A stretch of DNA of 63,736 bases, filler included, from Choristocarpus tenellus KU-1152 (lineage: Eukaryota > Protista > Phaeophyceae): the NCBI GenBank assembly GCA_964200185.2. It is 9 parts of 9 records of this genome, joined end to end, with 100 filler letters (N's around TTAATTAATTAA, not from the genome) between each part and the next. Parts side by side here need not be neighbours in the genome. Positions count along the whole stretch, not along the records: positions 6,860 to 14,416 come from CAXNAD020005966.1; positions 14,517 to 37,765 come from CAXNAD020000259.1; 7 more parts are not named here. One strand, 5' to 3'. The notes below the pieces were generated by a model that ran no database searches, was not told the origin of the DNA, and saw only the letters and a program-made list of their open reading frames with translations. Within the stretch, counting starts at the first letter, position 1. The number at the start of each line of letters is the position of its first letter. Position numbers and translations under genes: made by a program. Shown here in pieces: positions 12,041 through 26,800 of this stretch.

Positions 12041-13639
12041 TTATACAAAGACTTGCATTACCCCTCCAGGCTGCACACCAACTGGGACCTGTACAGATAT
12101 ATTTTGACCAGTAGGAGTGCCCACCTGTCCAAGTGAACAGGGATAAGGGAGACATAGCAGAAAGTCAGAGAAGGGAGCTGCTATGGGATGGCAGGATTAG
12201 GGGAAACATTGAACGCGTGGATGAGGTGGGTGAAAGCTATCAGCTGTTTTTCGCACCTATTAGAGTCCAGAGAGCTATGGCCAATGGTAGCAGCCCACCA
12301 TGAACAATGTGCCGATTTTGTATGATAAACACCAGAGAACATGCATATGTGAAATATGTGTCTCTAATTAAGGTACCACTCTACAGTTTATTGCAGGTGG
12401 CAGTGAGGCACCCTATTTCTTCTTGTAGATGCCATCTCTTCTAAATGTTCCTAGCTACTACTGTTGAATACATTGCGCCTAAAAATCACAAAAGAATACA
12501 TGTTATTGAGTGGGCGCTACTTCCACATTACTTGGATGTGAAGAACTTGCGCTCTCAAGTACAAGTCCTACAGCACTTACCCTACCATCTCACCTCAAGT
12601 ATCACTCCCGGACTTGCCCACAGAGGAACTGTAACCTGCACCACTGTCTTCCCAGTCGCAGGATCAGGGTGCTCTGGCACCATTGGCTGATATTCAGGCA
12701 TTGTAGCCTGCCCCGGTATCATTGGTTGGTGAGGCGGTGAAGGTACAAACCTTGTCTGCGGCTTGTACTGCTGGGTGGCCTGCTGGAGATGTGCCCCCAT
12801 CCCATAACTTGGAGTCGTCTGCGCAGTCAAATTTCCCTGTACCTGCTGCACATTTTGAGAAACCCACCTTTGTGCACCATTGACTGCCTTCGTCATGGCT
12901 GCCTGCACCTGAGCTGGTGAGGGAGGATCCCATTGAGTGGTCTGAAGGGGAAACAAGGGAAAGTTGTGCCCGAGATGAAGGGGTAAGATATGCGATGTAT
13001 CGTCAAAAAAAATCTTTAATTGTCGTTTTTTCAGGGCTCGGGTCTGGGTTAGCGTAATGGAAAAGGCAGGTGATAGTCCACAGGAAGTTTCTACTACTAG
13101 CAGTCATGTACTATCATGAAACGTGTGGAGGAAGAGAGGGAAATGGAAACAAAGTCACCAACCTTAGTGTTGTGGTCAACATACATCTCTTGCCCAGCTG
13201 GAGTCACCCTTCGCTCCCAGCCCGGTGGCAATTGCATACCCTCAGGTGGCATTGCCAAAGGCACAACTTGGGAATTTCTAGGGTTGCTCCCAGGGGAAGA
13301 GATGGCATAGACAGGGTATTGTGGTGCAGGATCGTAGACTTGTACAACATGTTCGGGGGAAGAGGGTGGAGACTGACACGGTGACACTGGTGGAGGTTGA
13401 GCACAATCCGGGGACATTGGCGGAGGTCGCTCATCTGACTGTCCAGAGTAAGGAACTTGGTCATTGTGGGGTTGCAGGTGGGATGTGGCCAAGTCCTGGT
13501 TACGATATGAAATATGGGAACGAACACGAGGGGAAGAAACATATTGCTTAGGAGATGGGCATCACAGCGGCTTAGGAAAAGAGTATTTAAAAAAAAAAAA
13601 GAATTATTCAACAAGAATTTTTATTGTTACCATAATCAT
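12041..13639 (-). CDS. WW-domain protein with Pro/Gln-rich linker and C-terminal VxVP-G-PG repeat module (about 257 aa)
   Basis: Exons 13639-13631 (MIM, start tentative), 13495-13163, 12941-12594, 12124-12041 (stop TAA); all phase 0 with GT-AG sites. The spliced WW domain reads LPPGWERRVTPAGQEMYVDHNTK|TTQWDPP. Confidence 0.85.
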
Positions 13640-14354
13640 GTTGTGTTGTTCTTGTCCTTAAATCCGTTGTGAACAAGTCTGCAGATATGGTGGTGGTGGG
13701 TTGCTAGAAAAAACAAAACAAAACAGGTGTGACATGATATTATGATGGGTACTGCTATGAAGAAGAGCTTTTTTCACAAGACAAACAAGTAGGCAAGGTG
13801 GTGATAATTAAATTTCTGGTGGAAAACGGGTAGGGTATAGAACCCTCCAGTTTCGTCGTTTTGCTGTGTAGAACAAAATGACCATCATTATGTACAACAG
13901 TTCCTGCTAGTCCCTGCTGATTTCTCTTCAAAGCAAACGACTCACCAGTGTGTATTACCGAGTAGAACAACAATTATTTTTTTATATAAATTAACACACA
14001 GACAACATGCAAGGGAATTGGGTTTCTTTGCTTGATATTTTTTCGGCCATCACTGTGTTTGGGGGATTAGTTTCAATGCCTCCAACTACTGGATGAATGG
14101 CTTGTTGTATCCTAGAGGGGGAGTCACGCATCCAATCGGGCCTCTGTGACACTCTATCGATTGTCCTTTCACATGAGTTAATGCGTAAGATGTAAGGACA
14201 ACTTCATTCATCTGAACGCACCTTCCTTTTCCATCCACCTGGATAAACCAAACCTGAAAGAAAAATCAGCCGCAAAATTCGCATCAAATTGGGAAGTTTT
14301 TATAAGAGCCCATCAAGTCTTGAAAGGACTACCTGTGCTAACCCCCCCCCCCCC

Positions 14355-14399
<45 letters not shown>

Positions 14400-14416
14400 A
14401 CCCCCACCAAACCGCT

Positions 14417-14516
14417 NNNNNNNNNNNNNNNNNNNNNNNNNNNNNNNNNNNNNNNNNNNNTTAATTAATTAANNNNNNNNNNNNNNNNNNNNNNNNNNNN
14501 NNNNNNNNNNNNNNNN
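14417..14516. other. Artificial contig linker
   Basis: 44 N + TTAATTAATTAA + 44 N. Confidence 0.99.
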
Positions 14517-14671
14517 GGGGGTCTACACCAGGGTGTCAATTTGGGTCAAAATCAGGAAAAGTGCATCTACATTATCCATCCGACGTATACCACCAAATCA
14601 CACAAAAATCGCGACATGAAAAAATTGATCCCATATAGACAGCCGCCATCCCCCACCAGATATTTCGAGCC
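14517..14671 (+). mobile_element. MITE subfamily A copy, left end cut by contig start
   Basis: GTCTACACCAGGGTGTCAATTTGGG...CCAGATATTTCGAGCC. Confidence 0.88.
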
Positions 14672-15231
14672 CGGGTCAGTCAGTGAGAAACCTCCCCTTC
14701 TGGTGCAGACTCAAAATACTTCAGGTAACAATTTACCGTTCCAGTAGTATTACTGTCAACGCCTGGAGGACACCTGACCTAAGATAGGAAAAGGCGTGAC
14801 ACGAACATATTGTTATGTTGGTAATAGGTACTGAGACACACATGGACTCCGATGGAGCTGCAAATGCAGTTTGGAGTAGCTAACCAGACATGCAACAGCA
14901 ATTCACTCGTGGCATTGAATGATAAGGAAGTAGATTATAGATGTCTTGTTATCCCAGCTGTATTATTCTATTCTATGTTGCAATAATAAATATACGAGAG
15001 TAAGTGTATCAATACGTACGAGTGTACTGGGTGGTCAGGCAATGCCTCTTTATAGTTCAGTCTAGCGTAGAGAACAGACATCAAGCCGGTGAACACATTC
15101 CTAATCTAATATATCATCAAAGGAGACATGTTCATGTGACATATCATCTTTACGCAGGGATTGTCGAACAAGTTAGGGGCTTAATATTATTGAAAGGGTT
15201 GGAAACCAAGTGCAAGAGATTGAACTATGTT

Positions 15232-15455
15232 GGCTCAAAGTGTTTGGGGGGGGGTCCCAGCTGTCTGTTTGGGGCCTATTTTTCCATGTCGCGATTTTTG
15301 GGTGGTTTGGTTGTATGCGTCGGATGGATAATGTGAGTTCACTTCTCCTGGTCAGGGCCCGAATGGACACTCTGGTGTAGAACCCCCCCCCCCCCCCCAA
15401 AATTTTTTGGGTTCTGGTTTAGGAGNNNNNNNNCCCCCCCCAGATACTTTGAGTC
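15232..15455 (-). mobile_element. MITE subfamily A copy; right terminus apparently present twice across an 8-N gap
   Basis: GGCTCAAAGTGTTTGGGG at 15232; low-quality end near 15414; clean CCCCAGATACTTTGAGTC after the gap at 15426-15433. Confidence 0.85.
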
Positions 15456-17863
15456 GTTAGATTTGAATAGATGGGAACACTCAGGGGCTTTAACTTTTGC
15501 AAGCGATAGCCAAGAATATTCAAGAATTTGGATGAAGTGAAGGAAGTAAGCTTTAGAAGGAAAGACTGACAGGAGATTTATATTGTAGGGAAGAAAAGTG
15601 AAGGCACTTTCCCTAGGATAGAAAAAGGAAAGGGGTGGATGCTACAGGAATCTCAATTTCTCAGGGAAAACAAGCAAGGGGTTTCGGAGGAAAGTAGAGG
15701 GCACCTGACAATATGATGCAGGAAAGGCAGGAAAAGGGTGGACATTTGGGTGCTTGGGCTCCTTGTGTGTAAGATAGCGATAGGTGTATGTGAAAAGAAC
15801 AGTCTGTGTGTGTTAGACATCTGGAAGAGGGCAGAGATTAAAGAGACTTGAATTAGCATGAAATGGGACGATAGGGATGAACACTTCAGTGCTTACCCTC
15901 TTTGCGTAACATAACATGGTACTGTTGAAGAAAGTGCCTCGTATTAGGACACATGGAGTACACATAGTTCACATTAGTCCAGCAAGAGAAGATGTTTGAT
16001 ATGTGATCCAGCTTTTTGTAATAACCGTAGCAAAATACAAATTTGGCTACTTTTCTAGTATTGATCGCTTTCCAACTGAATAGTTACACAGTCCTTTCCT
16101 CTCTCCGCCATGACACATTAAAAAAAATATTTACAACAGGATCTTTTCTACCCTTCATTATGACAACTATTTTATAAAAGCTTCTTCCTGTTGGTATTTG
16201 CTTTTTTTTTTGGCAGGGGGACGTGGGAGAGAGAGTGGGGAACCTCCTATTACTGTTGTGTGCAAAGTAAAATTGTCTCCCTAAAAAGTGAAAAAAAGCG
16301 ATTTGGAAAGTAGAAACCGAGTTTTGATGCCAATATATACATTGTTGATGCGTCTAAAATCCAAATATTGTGAATGGTGTGATTCACTCAGAGAAGGGTG
16401 GTGAATAGAATCATTAGGGAAGAAAGATCAGGTGGACCAAGATGAACCGTAACCGCACAAAGGTAAGGTTGGACAAGAACAAAAGTGGATCACCATAATG
16501 ACAAGAGGCGATGTCAAAGGGAATCTTTCGAATCTTGATATCTTTGAATGAAAACAGTCCGCGTTTGGGGCTGGTCTCTTGAACAGATCCCATAGTATCT
16601 GTCTTGTTGAAGATCCTCTGCTAGATTAAAGGATTGGTGACACATAAGCCTTGTGAAGGTGTATCGTATACAGCAAAAACATAATAAAAACACACAAAGC
16701 TTTTTGCCAGAGTATCCTAATGTTTTATTGGGGTATATAACGTATCAAAAATATATTTGATTTGCATACTAAAAAAAAGATAAAAATATTCTCGACATTT
16801 GATATTGGAAAGTCTTCATCTGTCACAGTTACGACAGCGATTACTTTTGCTTTGCTCACCAATCCTGGTTTAATATTTTTTTCAGTTTGCATTCCACCTA
16901 TTCTTCTCCTCCCCATTGTACCATTTGTGACCAACCAGTGTGACCCCTTTGCCACTGATTTCCAGTCACCACCCCACCCTTCAACCCCACAACACCATTA
17001 CTGTAGGACTGTACTCTGAAGTAACAGTAATACATGCAGTAGTGCGTATATTAATATGTTGCGGAGAATGTTACATAATACTGCTGCTAAAAAAGAAAAC
17101 TCGTTTTTGGTGCCAAATTTGTTCCCTGTTATTTCATACCCACTACAACTACTGTAATACCATCCATTTCTTTCTGATGTGTATGTCAATCATACAGTAC
17201 TAGTACTAGCTTTACCAACAAAATGCAACCAACACTACAACAAGTAGCAGCAACAGCCAATGACCACTTTTTCAAATGAAGTTAGTTTTATTACAACAGC
17301 GAAGTACAATCTTTTCATCATGCTCATTCTTGTTGTTGTAGGTGTAAGAACTGGTACTCGTAGCAGCAACTAGCTGCATCCTTCTAATAATTGATCTCGC
17401 CATGATATTCAGATTGCTACCACAATGCTCATTGTTGCCATCATTTAAGATTTATCATCACCTCTTGCATCGTTGACATGATTATACCTGCTAGGCTTCT
17501 GACCTGACTCTTCGCTTGATACATTCCTTTCCTAAAGAGGAGGAAATAGGTTTGTGACTTCACCAGTACGGTAAACAGCTGCAACAGTCTGTGTATTAGG
17601 GTACCCTCCTTGGATGAAGCTGTCCTGACAACATGTTCGCCTGTTGCATTTTCTCTACTTGAAACAACTACGTAAAAAAAACTGCCCTTCCATCAGTTGC
17701 TGCATTTACAACCCCTATTGGATGAGGAATGGAGAGTGTGCTGAGATACATACGCCACCTTGGCCAGTACCTATCAATCACTCAAACTTAGGCCCAACGT
17801 CAAAATGGTATCATTTCTGGTCCTTTTCTATTTTCTCGTAAGATGGTCTTGAGTTCCAACCAA

Positions 17864-20800
17864 TCACTTGCCGAAGCCCTTTATTCCACCTGTATTCTTC
17901 TTCTTCTTGTTCTTCCCAGCCATCCTTCGCTGTTGCCTACAGGGGATAAGATCGAGGTGTGCTACCATTGATGTGGTTCTTGTATTGAGTTATGGGACAC
18001 TTAATGCATGCATGAAGGAACTTGAAAATGCACAAAACAATAGTTGCAAGCCACAAAACGTAATGCCGATCCATTGAGATACTATCCTTGAAGCAATGCA
18101 GCAACAGCTAACAGGGTAGTATGGTGCCTTTACAAAAAAACAAACTGAATCGAGGTTACAAAAGTAGATTTTTTTTCTGTACCTTTATCCCTCACAGCTC
18201 AATCTAATTAGGAGCAATAACAAGTGTCATCAACGGTTAATCACAAGTTACAAGAGTGTCTTGTCCTTGTCTGACATAACCAATTGTGCCTTGACACACA
18301 TTAAGCTGGCTACCTTCACCGTCCGAGAAGATCTCTATGTCAAGCCACTGAGTGTACTGTGTATTATTAGTGCATGAGTATACAGGAGCTTTCAATATGT
18401 TTCAACTGTATGTAATATATATATATATATATTTCTTTGCAAATTTTATGCACAAAAAAAGGTCGTAACCTTCTCAAATAATACTCTTGAACTGCATGAA
18501 CTGTTCATTTGCCCTCACCTGTTGCCCAAAGACATCGCACTTTCTGAGTCCACCGGCATATTCCCGACACCATTCATCAAATTGGCAGCATCAAGGTTCC
18601 CATCTTTCCCTTGCATCTTCTTGCCCATTCTTGACATCATACTTCGCATTTGCTGAAAGTCAGATATAAAAGACTGTAAAAGCAGTTAGCAAGAACAACA
18701 TAAATACATCAGATGGGCAAAGTCCCTGGATTATCAAACAAGAGGCAAAAATCATTGAGTGCATGCACTGTTGTTCAAACGCGAAGCTTTACACAAGTCT
18801 CTCACCTGGTACTAGTCTCCTCTCCGGATGTACACAGTACACAGTACGTCGAATTGAAAAACCAAATTTTGAAAACTTTACATTACAGAGGCAAAAGTAC
18901 ACTAAATTTCACACAATCTCCAAGGCAGCATAAGATTGAAAGTTCCCCTGAATTAAGTTCAACTAAAAGCAAAGTGATCTGGGGTTGATACTCCAATGGT
19001 AGAATATAGTCACATCGCGGACAACCAATAGAAAGAGAGCAGTAGTTCAACACCATTCAGAACACTGGTTGTCTCTACCAAATGAACACTTTGTAGGCAT
19101 TCCTATCCCGAACGCAGCAGTCTAAAACCAAGTGATGCTGTTACCAATTCAAGATTCGAAGAGGTGTCTAAAGCGTACCAGTTATCGCGTACTTCTGAGC
19201 ATTACTACCAACCATCAGAAAACAAATGCTAAAAAAATAAATAAATCAATTATGTGTATATGTACAGTCCACATACTCAAGGATAGAATGTATACCGATG
19301 TGGCTTATACTGATACTGGGAAGTCCTTTGTCCGACAGGGACATAGCAGAGAGTTCATAGTCAAGGCAGGGATCTGCACCTTGTGAATTGCAGCCATATA
19401 AGGGTCCTACTAACACTGTTTTCCGCGAGCAATCTGATTACAACAACCTCGCACACTCATTTACTTGTCTTGTGAAAGAAGTTCATCAAAGTGAGAATCC
19501 ATATCATGTCACCTTATGGGATTTGGGGTAGAAGTCCGCTATGCGCATAGATAGACTTGTTCTAAATGGTGTTTACAGGAAAATGCAAGGCTTTGGAAAA
19601 AGGGGGTTGTGTCGATGTGTGATTGGTATTTGATTTGAGATCAAATTGATAATTATCTTCTGGACACACCACAACCGGAACTGTGTTGTATATACATTTT
19701 TGCTCCCAAGGAGTCCTAAGGAGGACCGCGCTTTTCATAATTCTTGTTGAACAGACAGGGATCCTATTGACAATGAAAATGTTGGTCCAGGCTACAGGAC
19801 ATACTACTCCTCATATACTAGTAACACATCGCAGATTGAGGTGAATGGGAACAACCATGGAGTGCAGACCAAACATGAGTCAAGCCTTCACAAAACTCGA
19901 CAGTTAGCTGATTGGTTGCAGGGTCAAAGTGATTAGGAGAATTATGCTTTACCTACAAAAAAAAAACTTCTCTTTGAATGCTCAAGGTCAATTTCCCTCA
20001 GTGCTCCTGTGTTAGAACCATATATGTTGGTACAAGTACAAAACTGACAGAACCACTTGGGGTCCCACTACTAAAACAGTTTTTCTACGCTTCTTCCTTT
20101 ATTGAATCTTCCAAGCATGCATTTGTACCACTGTGAATTCCTCAGCTCTTGGCGTTCTTTCCTCATCACGCAGAGACGGGACGAAATGATCGATTTTGTC
20201 CAGTGACAACTTTTAAATGACACTACAAAGCTAGGACCTCCTTGACACAAAAGTTTAAGTAGAAACAGTGGTCATTCTTCCCAGAGAATATACTTGAACT
20301 TGGTACAAACACTGCCCTTAGCTCACATTAGCGTCCTTCATCCTCATGTCAGCATCCTTAGCAATTCGCCTTAGTCGAGCTGGTGCGGTGGGTTCCCTTG
20401 TAAGCAGATCAGGGTTCTTCCTTTCCTCCACTGTCATTGCACCAATCAGGGTTTCGGCTCTTGACATTCGTTCCTGAGAGCATTCAAATGAATGCAAAAA
20501 ATGAGATAATGGCATTGTTCCTGACTACCAAGGTGTATTGAGTTGGTTGTCAGAAGATGTATGATCAACAGGGCGTATGGTAATAACCACTGCTATTGTA
20601 AGGTGCTAAATAGTCATGACTGTATGAAGTCTAACCCTAACCCTAACCATAACCCTAACCTTACAGTATCGTACTCATGCGCAAGATTGAATCACTCTAA
20701 GGTAAAAGTCTAGCAACAACACCATTGATATAAGGTACTACAATGTAACCAAGGATATATCACAATTTATGAGCAACATACCCTTGCACAATAGCAGCAG

Positions 20801-23800
20801 CATACAGTAAGGCAGGGTGAAGTAAATAGGTGACAGTAAACTCTCACATATTCTGGAGTTCTAGCTCATGTGTTACCATAGGGTATCCATAGTGGCACCA
20901 CCACCTTGTCTCCACCAATCAACAATAACAATGTTTCAAGCTCTTACGTCATGATCTACAACCCTTGCCCAGGTAAGTGATATTGTTGGAGCCTTAAAGT
21001 TTGTAACGCCTTGACGCATCTATCCTGGCACAGATCATCATACTCTCTCTCTCTGAGTACTTGAAGAATTTATTGTTGAAGAGCTTCACTGCTTCCACAA
21101 GATACAAAGTACGAACTCACTAGTGCCCTTGCCTGACACGGTATTGTCTGCGCAAAAGAATGGCTCAGTAACTTGACTATTGGTGAGGGAAGTATATTTT
21201 GCACAACCTGTGGAATCGCTGTATGTGTGAAACACATGTATGTGGAGAACACAAAACACAACAACAGACTGTGACCTAGGTTCACCATCTAAATTTTTTG
21301 CCATTGCATCCTATGCTCAGCAAGCCGATGTTGCATGTCATCGTGGGGTTAGGGTTAGGGTTGGAATCATTCCCTCACACTAATTATTTTTATTTTCTGC
21401 TGTCTGCTCGCAGAAGTCGAGCGTTATTGAGGCTCAGGTCCTCAATGACGAAGTCTACTGTCTTTTTATTTTCTACTGTCCAACAAGTAACACGTCCTCA
21501 TGCAGGTGAATCAATTGCGAGTCAGATATCAATGTTCTTTTTTGTCACTGCATTCATACATTCATTTAAATTTCCCCTCAAATAGCCTTTAACAGAAGTC
21601 ACAAGCACATGTCTAACAACAGGAGAACAAGGCGCAAGACATCAAGCAGGGAAAAGCGCAGAGATTTTGATGAAGGATGAACAAACAAACAAGCACGTCA
21701 CAAAATAAGCTCACAGACATGCCATGTACAGTGCCTTCCACTCAATGGGATCAGTATGACCAAAATAATACAAAATACAGCGGAGCATCTCACTGACCTC
21801 TGCATCATCCAGCTTATCCTGCGATATCTTCCCCCCCATGCCCGGGATCATTTTTGCCACGTTGGCGATGCTCCCCATGCCCTTCATCATCCTGCTCTGT
21901 GTGAGGAAGTCGTCAAAGTCGAATGAAGCGTCCACCATCTTCTTAGCCATACGGTTAGCTTCATCCTCACTCATCTGGTGTTGGGTTTAGGTTGGGATTA
22001 GGTTGGGTTTGTATTGGGCTACTAGAATGAGAGGCGTTTGGCAGTCAGATGATCCTCACCGACACGGATTGAACTCCTACCATCAAAACACCACGCAATC
22101 AGCACACTAAAACCATATCTGTTGCATAAGAACACGATTCAAACATAGTCTCCCACTTGTTTCACGGATGGGTATTTCAGTACCTGTAGCATGTTTTAAA
22201 TACTATTATTATTAATAATACTATTTGAAGTGATGGGAAAAAAACAGAAAAAATCCCTAGTGGAAAAATTTGATAGACAATAACCCAAAAGAGACTTAGC
22301 ATTGCAGGTTCCACAGGGGCAGACAGAGGCAACAAGGAACTGGCCATCTTGGGAGCTACTAATCCCACCCAAAAGCTCCATCAAAAAAGATCATGTCACA
22401 AGTGTTCGCTTTATGCAAAAAACAATATCACAAGGATGTTGCTGTATCCTCATTTTCACATCCTTATAGTCTAATCATGCATTGAACAGGTGTAGAATTC
22501 CAGTTCACCCAAATTCTCAAAGCACAACTTTGTTAGCATCTCAACAAGTACAGGGGAGAACTGCCACACCAACGACAAAAACCTGGAAACACATTCTACT
22601 TGGCAGCATTAAAACTTAGGGTTAGGGTTAGACAAACGCTGTCAAGTCAAGCCAATCCACTTCAGCACTTCAAAGCATCAGAAATCGGTAGCAACACTAA
22701 GTAAAGGGGGCCCCAATTGTGGAAATATCATCACAATAAGATTAATTAGTGTCAACCAAATCAAATCAATTCCACTTTCGAAGGATCAACACAGCACCAG
22801 AACAAAGCCCTTCAACCATATCTACTTGATTAAAATAAAAGTCAGTCACACAAGGTGCTCACAAAAAAACTCCTATCCTAAGAAAAGGGGCAATATAGTA
22901 GTAAACAAATCCACACAAGAGATTGTCACCTGCTTCTCTGCCTTCTCAACGAGGGATACAACATCCCCCATTCCCAAGATCCGGCTGGCCATTCGTTCAG
23001 GGTAGAAAGGCTCCAGGTCACTCATCTACGCGGCGAAGAAGGGCAGCACCACAAGCAGTATATGCTTGTCATTCATGTTTCATTGAAAAAATATGTATGT
23101 ATCCAAAATCTTTAACCTAGCCCACAGTCCAAACAGCATTACATGGTCAAACCGGTGCATTCGAGAGCAATCTGCAATCAGGCATACTTGAGAAAATACA
23201 AAGAGGTCCTCCAGTCACACCCTCCCAAAAACAATCGACAGCCTACCTGAGCCATGTCAAGGAACACAGAAAGAGGTGGAGAGTTGCGCTTCAACAAACC
23301 TAACGCAGAATGACCGCACCAACAACAGATACGGTGATGGATTACAACAAGTAGAGGACCCCCCTACCCATATCGCAAAAATGTGCAAGAACCCAATGTA
23401 AAGGTACATGACCTACACCAATCACTAACAACAAGGAAGCACAAAAAAAACACCTGACCAGTAAGGAACCTTCACGCAATGGATCGACTTTGCAATTGCC
23501 ACAAAGGCCTCACTGTAAGCATTGACATTGAATTGCACAAAAACACACCCCGCCCCCTTTCATTGAACCTAAGAAATCATTCACCTTTTCACCAACACCA
23601 ACAAACTTGATAGGCTTTCCAGATACGCCCTGTTGTGCAAGGAAGCAGCGAGGAAGGAGAGGCAACAGAGTTAAGACTTTGCGTCAGTGTCAACACCAAC
23701 TCAAACCATCGTTGAATACAAAAACTGCATTCCCACGTTCCACACCTGAACAGTGGAATCATTTTCTCCAATTGCCCACCTGAACTGACAGTGCCGAACC

Positions 23801-26800
23801 CCCCCGTGTGTCACCATCTAGCTTGGTGAGTATGGCCCCTGTGATACCAATCTTCTCGTCAAACACAGACGTCAAAGTTGCAGCCTCTTGGCCGGTCATA
23901 GCATCAACTACAAGAAGAACTTCATCTGCCTTCGAAGCCACCTGTTTGCAATAGGACATTGACATCCTCGTAACTTGATAGGTTCGAACGATGGCCTTCA
24001 ACGGTGGTACAGCTCTTTCACTTCTTGGAAACATTTCACCTCCAAGGGTAAGTGGGAAGAGACAAGATGGCACATTTCACCTCCAATGCTACTTCCCAGC
24101 GTCAAACATTGCAGCACAGTGGTGCAAGAGCCAACTAACAGAAGGACGGACATATTTCAACAAAGAATTGCAACTCAATACGACATCCATCTCAGGAAAA
24201 GGATTCCAATTACACCACATGCAAACAAACAAAAACGTAATAGTAATCTCCTTCCCATGACCACCGACCATGCACTTGCCTATTCTATCTTTAATTGATG
24301 CCTCTCCATCCCCTGGTCACAGGTGAACTCTACACATACCAAGATATCAAGATGTCACCGACACCATCATCTTCAAATCATGCCAGAACGATCCAATGAC
24401 CCAGAAGGGATCTAGCCATTTCTATGCACACACCAAGCGTACATCAATCTCACACCTGAATGTCCTTGAGCTCCGTCATCAGTGTATCGTCCACTACCTG
24501 GCGACCCGCTGTGTCCACCACCACTGTGTCATAGTTGTTTTCCTGTGCATATGCCAACCCAGCTAGGGTGATATCAACAGGACTTGTGTCCTGCCCCATT
24601 GAAAACACCTCCACCTGCTTCCGTCCAAGTCAAAAAAAGACTGAGAAATTCCTGAGCCCAAATACTTCAAATGGAAGAGCGTTACACTGTATGCATCTTG
24701 AATAGTGCGGGTGTTGGGGTGGGAGATCACAGCTCGGAAAAACAAGACCTACAAACCCAGAACAATCTCAACAACACATTAATGCAACCGAATATATTTT
24801 GCACTGCAAGGTGGACAACCCTCTTAATCTTGACATACAACTCTATTCGCTGGTGTCCCCCTCACATTCAGGGGTGAAAGGAAACGTGTAAGAGCCAACT
24901 TGTACAACTTTTATCAAGACTGCATGGTACTCAGCACACACAGACACACAGACACAAACACACAAATTGATACATGGTGTTTGTAGAAGCAACCACAATT
25001 GAGATCATCGGTATGTACAAGCTGATCTGGTCAAATACTGGACACGTTCAATCACGACGATCTCCTGCCATGTCTCGATGTTGCAAACGTCCAACACATC
25101 CACCTTTTCATGGTGACATCAAGCGCGTTTTGGTGGCGCCTGATGACCGGGTGGTACAGTTGATGGGTCACGGACAAACGAGGAGCTTTCCAAGCGTAAG
25201 TCTGATGAGAAACGTTCTTTAAGTGTGAAAACTTCAGAACAACAAAAAGTATGTTATCTTGAAATTCGAGGCCTCGGAGGGACTCATGTTTTGCAAAAAC
25301 GCACGCTTGGGGCATCTACCAGCATGACCCACCAGCGAGTAAACTGTGAATCCAAATGAGGATCAGCAAACTGGGATTTGGATTTGATTGAACATTTCTG
25401 CGTCTCTGATTCCTCGAGAGTCATATCACTATCAGCTGCCAGCATGACACAACGAGGACGGAAAATGGGCACAGGCATGTAAGGACTCATCACATAGGAA
25501 GTGGTCCCTCCCAGTGAGGTGCTCAGCAAGGAAGGGAGGAAGACTGAGCAGAAAAACTCACGGGGTTTCGCCACCAAGGCAGAGCCGAAGCAGATCACCC
25601 AGAAATGACACCTTGCAGTTGAGTGGGGCAATAGGAACAAGTTGAAGGGTGATACTGCACTCCCTGGAGGCAAGTACTTCTGTTTGTGAAAGGTCTGTAC
25701 GGAGCGTGGGATGCTGTTATTGCCTCTTCATCGATCTCCATGCCTGTTTCTAACAATTTCTTTTGCTTCATTTTGGTGCACTCGGGCAGGCTGGGCAACA
25801 GCTCATCGAAATGAACGCTGTGGAAGAGAGGATAGTCCATCCACACTGGACGAAGGTGGGCAAAACACTTGGCAAAACACTTGGCCAACAGCACCTTGAG
25901 TCTACTTGAGGTGGGATATCAGGTGCCATGAATGCTTGACCAGTGACGAATCTCAACCTGGTTTTAAGTGAGTGCGATGATTTCAATAATGAGACGCCAG
26001 CTTTGCAGCGTATGGTACAAAGCGGATGACATCTCTTGATCATGTCCCCAAAATGTCACCCGGAGCTACCTGGCATGGGGGCATAGAATATTCCTGGGGA
26101 ACAGCATGGACGGAGTTAGGGCGTGAGATCAATGTCAAGGTTCCTGCCAATGTGCCAAGTATTCTCAGGGTGACTACTGATGTCCTTACCGGGGGGCATT
26201 GAAGAGAGTACATTGACACCTGCCAGACTACACACCACCACAGTATATTTGTCTGGGCAAGGTTGGTATCTCAGGAGTGGACAGACAACACAATGTAGAG
26301 AGAATGGAAGGAGGCGTGAAGGTGCATCGCAGTATTCTTGATCTTGACAGTCACCATCTACTTCAAAATCGATATTACCTGCCTGCATCTTTTCCTGTGG
26401 CTGAATGCATTATAAATACTCCTGATTAGATACTTGGAGTATCTGTCTGTTGACCATTCTGTTCATTTGTCCATGCACTTTGAGACCGAACTGTCAAGGG
26501 TGTACACAAACTTGTCTGGAGGCATTAGGCCGTATGCAATTGTATCCTGAAGTTGAGGTTGCTTGGTTGTGAGTGGGACGAAGTTGATTGTATAGATGAT
26601 ATTCTCCAATAGACCATTGGCAATAAAACAAACCAAAGCTATCGACTGACGTGTCTGCAAGTACCTAAAAGCATCTCTTGGCACTCATTCATTTTTACAG
26701 CACAAGATGGAATGTCACTATTCTTTCCATTTTCGTGACTCGCCCACATAACACCTTTTGCCTCCCCCAGATCGCCATGAAAATCTAACGACTCATAATC

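Noticed and set aside
22050-22130. tRNA-like sequence on the minus strand (GGAGTTCAATCC B-box-like)
   Set aside because: No convincing cloverleaf or A-box; at most a decayed SINE head.
25280-26700. Possible piggyBac-like transposase remnant (GVDRQHN) in cpSRP54 intron 4
   Set aside because: One weak motif in broken frames, and no TIR or TTAA found.
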